Below, in pieces: positions 49,431-59,388 of a stretch of 64,000 nucleotides of DNA. The position numbers were made by a program, and so were the translations under genes. The stretch spans positions 46,627 to 110,626 of the forward strand of contig JBHLMN010000020.1 of NCBI GenBank assembly GCA_048938105.1, given 5' to 3'. The notes beneath the pieces are model-generated. The model had not been told where the DNA came from. It did no database searches and worked only from the letters and a program-made list of their open reading frames with translations. The stretch's first letter is position 1. Every line of letters begins with the position of its first letter. The stretch comes from Promethearchaeota archaeon (GTDB lineage: Archaea > Asgardarchaeota > Heimdallarchaeia > Hodarchaeales > Hodarchaeaceae).

Positions 49431-52275
49431 ATGGATAAAGAACTGAACATCTCCTCTAATCAAATTCAATATGTATATATCACTCCTCATACTCACTGGG
49501 ACATGTGGGATCATTCGTGAGTTCACACCCAACAGGGAGTGGTATTTACCTTTTCAGAAGTTTCGATACAAATTGGTGAAATTGATTGATGAACTATTGG
49601 ATATCTTAGCCAATCAAACCTTTTATTTCACATTTGATGGTCAAACAATCATATTAGAGGATTATCTCGAAATTCGTCCTGAAAGAAAGGAGGAGCTATT
49701 ACATTTCATAAGAGATGGAAAAATAGCAGTAGGCCCATGGTATTTACTACCTGATATATGGTTGGTAGGCCAAGAGAGTCTAATTAGGAATTTGGAATAT
49801 AGTTACGATTTGGCGAAAGAGTTGGATGTCCCTCTTATGCAAATAGGCTATCTTCCTGATATGTTTGGTCATTCACGAGCTATTCCTCAACTGATTGGAG
49901 ATTTAACAAATTTCAAATCAGTAATGGTTTGGCGGGGAGTACCACCTGAAATAACTACTGTTCCATTTCTCTGGAAGAGTGATAGTTCAGTTACAAGTTC
50001 AATTTTAGCGATATACCTTCCTTTTGGATATGGGAACGCTGCAATGCTTCCTGAAGAAGCAGAAAAATTAACTGATGAGATTATGGAACTTGTACGACAA
50101 TTACAACCCTATTCACCCTTACCAGTATATTTATTACATAATGGAACTGACCATCAATTTCCTAAACCGAGAATAGCGACAAATCTTTCTCTAGTAAAAA
50201 TAAACAATATGCAGATCTCTTTATCTGTTCTTGATGATTACGTTCTAAAACTACAGGAATTTATAGTCAATAATGAATATTCTCCTCCTGAATATGCTGG
50301 AGAACTGAGATCTGCAGCTCGGGCTCATCTATTACAAGATACATACTCCTCACGCATGTGGATCAAACAGTGGAACCAAAAAATCGAGGATATGTTGGTT
50401 AATTATGCAGAACCTTTGAATACCTATACTTGGTATTATTTAAATGATAACTACCCTACCTCCTTTTTGTCTCAAGCATGGAAATGGCACTTACGTAATC
50501 AACCTCATGATTCTATCTGTGGCTGTTCAGTAGATCAGACTCATGAGGAGATGCGATTCCGTTATTATTGGGCTGAGTCAATCGCAGAAATGACGATTGA
50601 AAACGCGATCACTACTCTTAAAGATACATCACAGCCCTCAATTACGTATTCGTGTCTTGCATTTAATCCAACAAATTGTTCAAAACCTATTGGTATTGTA
50701 TTCAATGTTTCAGGAGATATTTTAGTTAATTCTGTCAGAATAGATAATCAAGAATACCAAGTACAACCTTTCCAATCTTCTACAAATATTGTGTGGGAGA
50801 TGACCTTAGGAGGGTTTAAACTTCGAACATTAATGAAAATGTTCCCAGGAAGACGACTTATGAATTATTATATTAATAAAACTTCATTAATGGAGGGGCT
50901 TAATCCTGAGATCTGTGAGGTTCAATTGGAAGTCGGTGATAGACCAGAGGGAGAACTTGACATGAGGGAAATGAAAAAAGAACTCTTGAAAGTGATTGAT
51001 AGTAAAAAATACAAAAAATTTCACATTCTAATCACTAAGGAGCACGAACAAAGCTACTTTACATGGGCTCCTTTAAAACCTTGGAGTTTTGCAATGTTAG
51101 AGATTTTAGATTCTTTTCAAGAAAAATCATCTTCTAAAACTTTAATTATTTCAAAAGACCGCGTAAGTAATGATTTCTATGATTTGACCTTCAACAAAGA
51201 TGGTTCTTTCGATATTAAAGACAAATCTAATGATATATACTATAGCAAATTGCATCAATTCGAAGATTGGGGAGATCGAGGAGACGAATATACATTTGGT
51301 CGTCTTGGTCCAGAATTTGTTAAGGTAGAAGAAGTCAAAAGAACAACTAAACTGTTTGGGCCTTTATTTTGTGAGATTCAACAGAATATGATTTTAGAAT
51401 TCTTTCAAGAAGTCGATGAGTCCAGAGAAAATCGTATTGGTAAAAGAAAAGTACCAATAAGCACTATCTTCAGATTCTACCGTGATTCCCCCCAAATTGA
51501 TATGAAAACAACGATAACAAACGTTACTAAGGACCATAGGTTAAGAATATGCTTTGATCTTCCCTTTGAAACTGAACATACTTATTCTTCTACTCACTTT
51601 GGATGTATAAAAAGACCAAGTGACCCCGTAGGTGATGAAACTTATATTGAGAAACCATCAGGGATCCAACCTCAAAAACGTTACATTCGAGTAGAAGATA
51701 AAGAAAGTCAACGAGCTTTTTCACTAATGAATAAAGGCTTACCAGAGGTTGAATTAGAAAATAGAAGACGTCTTGCTTTAACGTTGATACGTTCAATTGG
51801 TTGGCTTTCATGTTCTGGGATTCCTGAGAGACCCGAACATGCTGGTCCAAGAATACCTACTCCAAGAGCTCAGGAACTCAATGTAACCTACATATTTGAA
51901 TATAGTATAGTAGTACATTCAAAGAATGATCCTCTTTGGCTTACAGAAGCATATTCAGAGTCATTCTCATTACAACCTATAACAACTTACTTCAGTTCAA
52001 AAACGCCATCAGTTGACATTCTTCAACCCTTGATTCAAGTACTGAATCCCAATATTAGGATATCTTCATTACGAGTGCGACAGGAAAAATTGTATGTAAC
52101 AATGTTTAATCTATTGAGTGAGGCTGTCAACACGGTTGTTAAGTTTCCTTCAAATGTTGTCAATTTCACTCAAATCAAATTTGATGGTTTGAAAAGGGAA
52201 GAAAATGAATTGGTTGAAAATCAAATAACTCTTAATTTTGATCCACATGAAATAAAGATGTGTACATTTATGTGA
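49431..52275 (+). CDS. GH38 alpha-mannosidase, spliced: join(49431..49502,49534..52275), 937 aa
   Basis: Exon 1 ends PHTHWD and exon 2 starts REWYLPF; also FDGQT, GPWY, PDMFGH, NGTDH, HDSICGCS, DHRLR. Confidence 0.9.
49503..49533 (+). other. 31-nt bulge-helix-bulge intron in a protein-coding gene
   Basis: Helix UGGG(49497-500)/CCCA(49528-31); ACA bulges at 49501-03 and 49532-34; intron hairpin with UUCG loop; excision restores HWD-REWY. Confidence 0.85.
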
Positions 52276-52303
52276 ATATTCTTCATTTTCACATTTACCA
52301 ATC

Positions 52304-53296
52304 TTATTCAACGTTCAAATCTTTTCCTATTGTAGCTAAACTGCCAATCTGCTGCCCAAAGAATCTGACCATTATAGGATTAGTACTAATAATTCCAATT
52401 AGTTCTTCCATTTCTTCATCTTTCTGCGGAGATGGTCCAATCAAAACCTCTTCATTATCCCGTACACAACCCCAAAATTCAACGGTTGCTTGTTTCATTC
52501 TAATATTTGATGTAAGAACTTTTTTCAAAATGCTTTTAGGAACTTTAGTGAAATTACCAACAACCAATGTTCGTGTGCGGACTGGCAGAGATAATTTACT
52601 TGTTGCTATCAAAGTTTGAATTTCAGGATAAGGCATCAGTATGGTCAATGATGCTTTTGCTCGAGAAGTCATATCTTTGAGTACAAGTATGAATGTGGTT
52701 TCTCCATGTACTATATCTGTTGTAAAACCACTTTTAGATTTTGTTGTTGCAGCGGACACCTTACGAGAAAGCTGAAAGAGAATATCTAAGCGTCGTTTCA
52801 TTTCACGAATTGTAAAGGTCAATGCTGAAATTTCATTATCAATCTCTTTTTGGTGTGCTTCCATGGCACTTCTCATTAAATTTTGAACATCTAGAAGTGT
52901 ATTATGATCGTCTTTTACTAGATGGTCAAACAACGGTTGGATTTGGGTTTGAATTTCCTTTTTTATTGATGTAATCTTTTTTTCAGTCATATCCCGTATT
53001 GAAATTAGAGTGAGAGGGTCGTAAGCTAGTAAAAATGATTTTAAAAAGGGTTCTCGTGCGAAATACCTATTAATTTTCCCTCCAGTCCAGTCAACATATT
53101 CGCTGCCTATCAGAAAATCCATGCATTCTCTGACTTGAATGTAGTTAATTCCAGTTAATTGACTGATTTGACCTAGTGTTAGTGTTCCAACTGATAAGAG
53201 AGTCAAATATACTAAACTTTGGTTTTCATTTAAACCCAGAATATCAAAAATTGTTTGTAGTTCGTCTTCTGTGAGGATTATACCAACCATCATCAT
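52304..53296 (-). CDS. TrmB-family transcriptional regulator
   Basis: LGLNENQSLVYLTLL..GTLTLGQISQLTGI HTH; coiled coil; C-terminal effector domain (VRDNEEVLIG). Confidence 0.85.
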   Translation of the reverse strand: MMMVGIILTEDELQTIFDILGLNENQSLVYLTLLSVGTLTLGQISQLTGINYIQVRECMDFLIGSEYVDWTGGKINRYFAREPFLKSFLLAYDPLTLISIRDMTEKKITSIKKEIQTQIQPLFDHLVKDDHNTLLDVQNLMRSAMEAHQKEIDNEISALTFTIREMKRRLDILFQLSRKVSAATTKSKSGFTTDIVHGETTFILVLKDMTSRAKASLTILMPYPEIQTLIATSKLSLPVRTRTLVVGNFTKVPKSILKKVLTSNIRMKQATVEFWGCVRDNEEVLIGPSPQKDEEMEELIGIISTNPIMVRFFGQQIGSLATIGKDLNVE

Positions 53297-53397
53297 CCCA
53301 CATATTAATAGGGGTTATATAACTTCCATTGTAGAAGTATCTGATTAAAGTATTTTGCAGCTTCTTAGAACTTTTTAATCTTTCTTTTTATAGGTTT

Positions 53398-53703
53398 TTA
53401 TTCCTGTTTTAAAACCATTTTTTCTTTAAGTTTTTCCTGAATTATTGAATCCCACAAATCCATGATTCCTGTTCCTATTAATGCATTCGTATCAAATAAT
53501 TCTCCTAAATCAGCAGTCAAGAGATTTCTGGCGTTAGCAGCACTTTCGAGAGCAAATTTAATCCGTTCATTCGTAAGATAATTAAATTTCACGTCATAAT
53601 CAACCCATTTAGAACGAACCCGTACGAAAGAATCATGTTCGCTTGTCTCATCATGAATATGTTCAATTCCTCCCGAATTTGGTATTGCTAAAAGACGCCT
53701 CAT
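53398..53703 (-). CDS. 101-aa hypothetical ORF, possibly the last exon of the upstream giant gene
   Basis: Starts 1 nt after the stop of 53705-57616; its 5' end lies inside a predicted BHB hairpin. Confidence 0.55.
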   Translation of the reverse strand: MRRLLAIPNSGGIEHIHDETSEHDSFVRVRSKWVDYDVKFNYLTNERIKFALESAANARNLLTADLGELFDTNALIGTGIMDLWDSIIQEKLKEKMVLKQE

Positions 53704-53731
53704 CCTATATGGCTCCGAATGAGATGTTTTT
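53686..53731 (-). other. Candidate 46-nt relaxed BHB intron
   Basis: Helix CUAA/UUAG, bulges UUA and CAA, 14-bp intron stem (2 mismatches) enclosing the UAG stop; excision gives in-frame ELI-IPNSGG. Confidence 0.5.
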
Positions 53732-56700
53732 AATTAGCTCAATATCTAATAGTGCTTCTCCTCCTTTTTCTTTCAATACCTTAATCCTATTCAAAGGGAG
53801 ACTACGGTTAAGTCTAGGAAGAGGTAATAACCCTAAATCTTCCGTGAGCTCCTCAAAGTCTCTTGTTTTTAATAAATATCGGATTGTTCTTAATCCCATT
53901 TTTGATTCATCATTTTCTTCTGCTACAATAATTGAAAGTGTATTTTCATTAAAAGAATATGTTCCAAATACTACCTTATACATACCATTATCATCAAATA
54001 TAATGAGGAAGGGAAATACCTGAATCTCTTCCCCTCTAGGGATTTCAAGGTGTTTCAGAAGTTGTACATCACTTCTTAAACGTTTTTTTATGATCTGACT
54101 AGGTTCAAAAAAAGGAAAGACCAGTTGTATGAATAAACTAAAGTTACCAAGCTTTTCACCATAAAATTCAACTTCTTCAGGAAGAAATCGTGAAATTTGA
54201 CAATCATTTTTCAAGTACATTTTATATGCAGTTGTAACCTTCAGATTGCATCGTGAAACATCACGTTGTGTTTGAGACATTATTTCTTTTGACATTCTTT
54301 CCCTTAAAGTTCCAATATCTTTTAGAAGGACTAATCTAGCTTCATCTAATAATTGTTTTAGGACTATTTTAAATAGGGAGTCTGGTTCAGTGGCATTTAA
54401 TCTATTTCTTTCAATAAGACCTGCAATCACTTCTGATGCATTTTGTGTTAGAGGATGAAGAAGGCCCATTGGGATGTTTTCCTTTGAAATCAATTCAAGG
54501 GTTAATCCAGTAACCGTGGAACCTTCAAAGGGATTTTCTGTATAAGAAGCAGCACAGAAAGTTTCACTTTCCCCAAGTTGAAAAACAACCGATTGGAGAG
54601 TAAGACCTGATATACTTAATCCTGTAGCTTTTTTTACCACATCACTTATATTTAATTCCTGAGTTGAGCCTAATAACTGACGACAACTCTCAATTCGATT
54701 CTCCTGGTAGATAATAAAATCTAAATCACCAGTAACTTTCTTTCTGTAAGCGATCTTTTCTTTTCCAATATTTGACCAATTTAGATATAAGAAATATGTA
54801 CTCAATTGGGAATCACATTTAACAGCTTCAGAAAACACTTCATGGGAATAATCTAGAAACTCAGGCGATAAGTGAGTTGTTTCAAACCCCAAAGGTTCTT
54901 TCAGATTCCCAACAATTAAAGGCACCATGAAATTTCTAATATTATCTCTCCCACTCCCTCTAAAAAGAAGCCCAAGAACTTTCTGTTCAAAATCTTCTCG
55001 TTCCCCTTCTTTAATATTAGAAAAAATATCTTCTAAATATGATTCAGCTAGGTTGATGACTGAATTTCCCCAACTTCTTATCCACTCTGTAATTAGTTCT
55101 CTAGCTACGAGCCCTCTTATCCCTGGCTCCCCAATAAGAGGATGAAAAATTTCCGATTCCTTAAAACGATTATATTCAGAAATATTTATAGATCTAGTGG
55201 CCTGTTGTACCCTATTGTCAGCTTCAAGGTCTGCTAAAACTCCTCTAAGGCTAAATACTTTGTCCCATAATTTAATTTGATCTAATACATAATCAATTAT
55301 TGTTTGAATGTTATAATCAAAGTTAAATTGAGAGAAAGTATTCCTTAATGCCTCAATTTGCTTTTGTAATAGTGTTTTAAGGAAATTTGCCTTGTTAATT
55401 TTATCATTATAATTTAACATGAGGGATTTCATCGATTCCTCAACGAGGAATATTACTCCTCCATAAATAGTCTTCAGAAGAACGTCAGTGGGGTTAGTAG
55501 TTTTCTCTAGACTTATTGATTCGGTAATAATTGAATTATAGTATTGATTTGTTCTAACAAACCAATCAATTACTATATTTTCTAATGAAATTCGTTCTTC
55601 TATTTCTTGATCGAAAGTTTTTCTCTCTACTTCTTCTTTAACTTCTCTACCTAGGACTTCATTTATGATGACTTTACTTTCCTCAAATACATTATCTAAA
55701 TAATTTTCAACATCTTCACGATGAGTAATAATTGGATTTTCTGGTAATTTAAGTACTATATCAATAATTTTGACATCTTTTAAATATTCATTTACATAAT
55801 ATAATCCACTTAACGATTCTCTAAGACTTTCAAAGATTAATTGATTAATTTCTGAAGGTTTTTTACCTAAGACAGTAATTTCATTCTGATAGTAACTGAT
55901 CAATTCTCTTGATAAGTCTTCCATCTCATTTTGCCAAACTTGTTTTACTGGTGATTCAATATAAAGTTCAAATCCTGACTTGAGAATTTTTTTAATCCAA
56001 ACTTTGTTGAGAACAGAGCGAATTGCGGAAAATGTTCTATTAAAGTATTTTTGCGCTTCTTCTGGTGTAGAGAAAACAGGAAGTAATAATGGAACCTTAT
56101 TACTTAAGATCTCAAAAACAACATCAGATTCGACTTTTTTTAAACTGTAACTAGAACTACCTGCATGTTTTGGGCTTTCTTGCACTAGAAGATTTAAGCG
56201 CTCTCGTACTGTTTGTTTTGGAGATGTTGAAAGTCCTTTACTAGCTATGTCAAGTATAAAATCATAAAAAAACTTCTCTTGCCAAGAATTAGGGTATAGA
56301 ACTTCATTATAATTCCTTATATCAATAATTTGGTTTCCTATAGCTTTTGATGCTCCACTAAGATTCATAGTTTTGAATGAATCAAGTAATGCTTTTTCTA
56401 TCCCCCCTCGTCTTACACTGAGGATGTATGAGTAAGCCATTTTATTAGAAAAATAATTTACTGCTGATTCAAGGATATTTTTCTCTGTGCTTTGAAACAT
56501 CTCATATAATGAGAGAACTTTTTCTTTCTTTTTTATTTGCTGTAAAACATCTCTTTGAATTTCTTCAATCAGGTCAAGAATCGTAATTTCTTCGCCCATA
56601 GGTACATTTTTTGACCATTCGATTATTTTAACTCTCATTAAAATCTGTAAGAATCTAAGAAATATAATTTCTAGTTCTTGCGGTTTGAATTCTAGTTTCG

Positions 56701-57616
56701 ATATCAGATTGTCTAGATTAGTTGTAAAGTCATAATCATAAGTTCTTACCACTTCACGAAAGTATGAACGCCCCTCAGGAGGGTCAGAAAGAGTTAAGTC
56801 TAGTCCTCCGCTAAGATAAGAACTGAAAAAGTTTACAATTTCTTCTTCAGAGAAACTAACCTCAGCAATTCTATTTGCAATGCTAATGATTCTACGTAAA
56901 CCTAAAACTCCTCCAATGAATAAGGAAACTTGATGAACCACATCCATCATTTGGGAAACATTTCTTCCAAGACTAATGGAAATCTCAGGATAACTAAAGC
57001 TTGCACCTAACTTCTCATAATTTTGATTATTCTCGTAAAATTCCTCAAAAATTAGTCTATAACTCTTAATTTCATCTTCTTTGTAAACACTCCAAATAAA
57101 AGCCTTTGAAGCTTCTTCGAGTAATTCTTTTCCAGAAAGATTTATCATTCCTTCCAAATAATAGAGTATCTTCTTTTCAAATTCTGGATAAGGAATCATT
57201 TCAGTTTTAGCGTTTTCAAGGAGCTTTGTTTTAAACAGAGAGTCTTTTAGACCAATTCGTTGAAATTTATTGCGTTTTATTATTTCAGCTATTTCCTCAG
57301 AGGCTTCAGAGGGTATATCTTCTTGTACCTCTTGCTTTTTTATGTCAATTTTCAAGGCTTCTTCTACTAAATGATAATTATCATTGATGAAAGAAAAAAT
57401 AATCGAAGGAGTGATTTTACCTTCTGTAAGGGTTTGCTTTCTCTCCTCTTGAACGTTCCAGAAACGTTTTTGAAACTCTTGGTCTTGAAAAGCCTCTTTA
57501 TTCTCTTCAAATGCTTCGAACACAGTCATTCGACGCGATACTATGCTTTGAGGTATTTCCACTAACTTAAGGTAACCGCATATTGTCCTTAATAACCAGG
57601 TTTCTTCAATAGTCAA
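53705..57616 (-). CDS. Large helical hypothetical protein (1303 aa; about 1390 aa if spliced)
   Basis: Long open frame, GAGG upstream of TTG start, no recognisable motif. Confidence 0.8.
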   Translation of the reverse strand: MTIEETWLLRTICGYLKLVEIPQSIVSRRMTVFEAFEENKEAFQDQEFQKRFWNVQEERKQTLTEGKITPSIIFSFINDNYHLVEEALKIDIKKQEVQEDIPSEASEEIAEIIKRNKFQRIGLKDSLFKTKLLENAKTEMIPYPEFEKKILYYLEGMINLSGKELLEEASKAFIWSVYKEDEIKSYRLIFEEFYENNQNYEKLGASFSYPEISISLGRNVSQMMDVVHQVSLFIGGVLGLRRIISIANRIAEVSFSEEEIVNFFSSYLSGGLDLTLSDPPEGRSYFREVVRTYDYDFTTNLDNLISKLEFKPQELEIIFLRFLQILMRVKIIEWSKNVPMGEEITILDLIEEIQRDVLQQIKKKEKVLSLYEMFQSTEKNILESAVNYFSNKMAYSYILSVRRGGIEKALLDSFKTMNLSGASKAIGNQIIDIRNYNEVLYPNSWQEKFFYDFILDIASKGLSTSPKQTVRERLNLLVQESPKHAGSSSYSLKKVESDVVFEILSNKVPLLLPVFSTPEEAQKYFNRTFSAIRSVLNKVWIKKILKSGFELYIESPVKQVWQNEMEDLSRELISYYQNEITVLGKKPSEINQLIFESLRESLSGLYYVNEYLKDVKIIDIVLKLPENPIITHREDVENYLDNVFEESKVIINEVLGREVKEEVERKTFDQEIEERISLENIVIDWFVRTNQYYNSIITESISLEKTTNPTDVLLKTIYGGVIFLVEESMKSLMLNYNDKINKANFLKTLLQKQIEALRNTFSQFNFDYNIQTIIDYVLDQIKLWDKVFSLRGVLADLEADNRVQQATRSINISEYNRFKESEIFHPLIGEPGIRGLVARELITEWIRSWGNSVINLAESYLEDIFSNIKEGEREDFEQKVLGLLFRGSGRDNIRNFMVPLIVGNLKEPLGFETTHLSPEFLDYSHEVFSEAVKCDSQLSTYFLYLNWSNIGKEKIAYRKKVTGDLDFIIYQENRIESCRQLLGSTQELNISDVVKKATGLSISGLTLQSVVFQLGESETFCAASYTENPFEGSTVTGLTLELISKENIPMGLLHPLTQNASEVIAGLIERNRLNATEPDSLFKIVLKQLLDEARLVLLKDIGTLRERMSKEIMSQTQRDVSRCNLKVTTAYKMYLKNDCQISRFLPEEVEFYGEKLGNFSLFIQLVFPFFEPSQIIKKRLRSDVQLLKHLEIPRGEEIQVFPFLIIFDDNGMYKVVFGTYSFNENTLSIIVAEENDESKMGLRTIRYLLKTRDFEELTEDLGLLPLPRLNRSLPLNRIKVLKEKGGEALLDIELIKNISFGAI

Positions 57617-57925
57617 TTGGAGTTTCCTCTTACGAGATTCAAGTCTTGGATAATGCTCTTAAGCGTTTTTTTATATTCGGAAGCTTATAAATCTAGGATT
57701 TTGAAATCCTAAAGTGTTTCTGGAGGGAGTTTTTCCCTTATTTGTATAAAGTGTTCTCTCTTCTTAAAAAAACATTTGCTTTTTATTATTCATCTAGAAA
57801 TAATAGCCAAGAAAATCTTTTACAGATTCACCTGATTCAAATTATAAACCTAGAATTAAGCAAATAATATCGGCCATACAGAATTAGAACAGACTAGAAT
57901 TAAGTAAAAAGCTTCATTCATTTTC

Positions 57926-59326
57926 TTATTCAGCTAAAAGTTGTGCAATAAAAGCATTATAAGCAAGACTGGGTTTAATAGTATTTAGCGGTAAGTTCTC
58001 ATTGGGGGCATGTCCGTTTAATCCCTCGACGTGATTAGTAACCAAGCACAAGGGAGTATAAGGAGCAAAAAGATAAGCAGGACCTGATCCAGGAGCAAAG
58101 GGGATGACATTTACTGGCGTTGGAGCAATTATTTTTTTGGTAGCATCTTGGATTGTACGTATAAATGGATGAGAAACAGAGGTCTTAGCTGAATCATATC
58201 CCGTGACAAGCGAAATTTCAAGATCATTAAATCCATGCTTTATTAGGTGCGCTCTTAATAGTTCATCCACTTTTTTCATCGTTAAGTTTGGAACCAGTCG
58301 AAAATCTAGTTTAGCGGAGGCCTCCGCAGGTACAATCGTCTTTGAACCCGAGGCCTGGAATCCTGAGTTCAAACCACAAATCGTTAAAGATGGTTCCAAG
58401 AATAAAGGAACACTGAGATCAATACCAGAACGGTTAAGGAGTAATTGATCCAGTTCGTAATTACGTTTGAACACCGATTCCAAATCACCTTCATATGATT
58501 GGAGGGCTTCCAAATCCTCTTCTAGAGGGGGTGCAACCAATTCATTGAACCCTTCGACTAAAATGTTTTCTTGGCTATCTTTTAAGGTATTTAATGCCCA
58601 TACTAGTCTCCAAGCAGCATGAGGGACGACAGCAGCACTACCAGAGTGAACGTCCGTACGAGGAAACTTGGGTGGACCACCTGCTTTTAGATCGAAGTAA
58701 GCATCACCTTTTAATCCACACCAGATTTCAACTGGGGTTTCAAGAGTTAAAGGTTCTTCAATTATAGGATATAACCCCATTCCTTCCCATACACATCCAT
58801 CTGCCATGAGAAGCGAAGGATGTGCTTGTGTAAAATGTGGCAGATTATTCGATCCTGCTTCTTCTTCTCCCTCAATAACAAATTTAATGTTTATTGGTAG
58901 TTTCATGTAGTCTTCCAATAATTGAATCGCAAGAATACTGATAGCAATGTGTCCTTTGTTGTCAACTGCTCCCCTTGCGAAGACTCGTCCGTCTCGTTCT
59001 GTCAACTCCCATGGAGAAGACACCCAACGATCGATTGGGTCTTCTGGCTGAACATCATAATGATGATAAAACATTAAAGTTTTAGGAGCCCCAATATTCT
59101 TCTCCGCAAAGACAACTGGTGAACCATCTGCCGCAGTAGGATACTGAGAAGCTTTATATCCATAGTCTTGCAAGAGATCAGCTAAATAATTAGCACATTC
59201 CTGAATAGCTCTTGGTTCTCGAAAAGCAACGGTCGGGAACTGAGTTAATTCTTTCAAGATGGCAAGAACTCTTGATTCGTATTGTGGTGTATGGGTAAGT
59301 AAATCTAAAAATGAAATCGCAACCAT
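57926..59326 (-). CDS. M20/M25/M40 family metallopeptidase (dipeptidase-like)
   Basis: HYDVQP, ARGAVDNKG, EGEEEAGS, HSG, HAPNE. Confidence 0.93.
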   Translation of the reverse strand: MVAISFLDLLTHTPQYESRVLAILKELTQFPTVAFREPRAIQECANYLADLLQDYGYKASQYPTAADGSPVVFAEKNIGAPKTLMFYHHYDVQPEDPIDRWVSSPWELTERDGRVFARGAVDNKGHIAISILAIQLLEDYMKLPINIKFVIEGEEEAGSNNLPHFTQAHPSLLMADGCVWEGMGLYPIIEEPLTLETPVEIWCGLKGDAYFDLKAGGPPKFPRTDVHSGSAAVVPHAAWRLVWALNTLKDSQENILVEGFNELVAPPLEEDLEALQSYEGDLESVFKRNYELDQLLLNRSGIDLSVPLFLEPSLTICGLNSGFQASGSKTIVPAEASAKLDFRLVPNLTMKKVDELLRAHLIKHGFNDLEISLVTGYDSAKTSVSHPFIRTIQDATKKIIAPTPVNVIPFAPGSGPAYLFAPYTPLCLVTNHVEGLNGHAPNENLPLNTIKPSLAYNAFIAQLLAE

Positions 59327-59388
59327 AAGTTCAGGTGATTGTTTCCATTTTTAATATTAGCTCTTATCAGCAAAGGATAGGTTGATCA

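Noticed and set aside
49518-49520. UGA as selenocysteine or readthrough, or a simple ribosomal frameshift
   Set aside because: Readthrough stays in a frame that closes soon and never reaches REWY; a frameshift would leave about 10 extra residues inside the HWD-REWY motif
49471-49533. Track N-terminus MYISLLILTGTCGIIREFTPN of the mannosidase
   Set aside because: Lacks the essential HxHxD motif, which is encoded in another frame from ATG 49431
53705-53707. UAG (pyrrolysine) readthrough of the 1303-aa ORF
   Set aside because: The downstream ORF is in a different frame; readthrough hits UGA after 13 codons
58725-58790. UGGGGUU/AACCCCA hairpin around an apparent small insertion in the M20 peptidase, as an in-frame intron
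   Set aside because: No 4-bp helix flanked by 3-nt bulges can be formed, and the frame is intact
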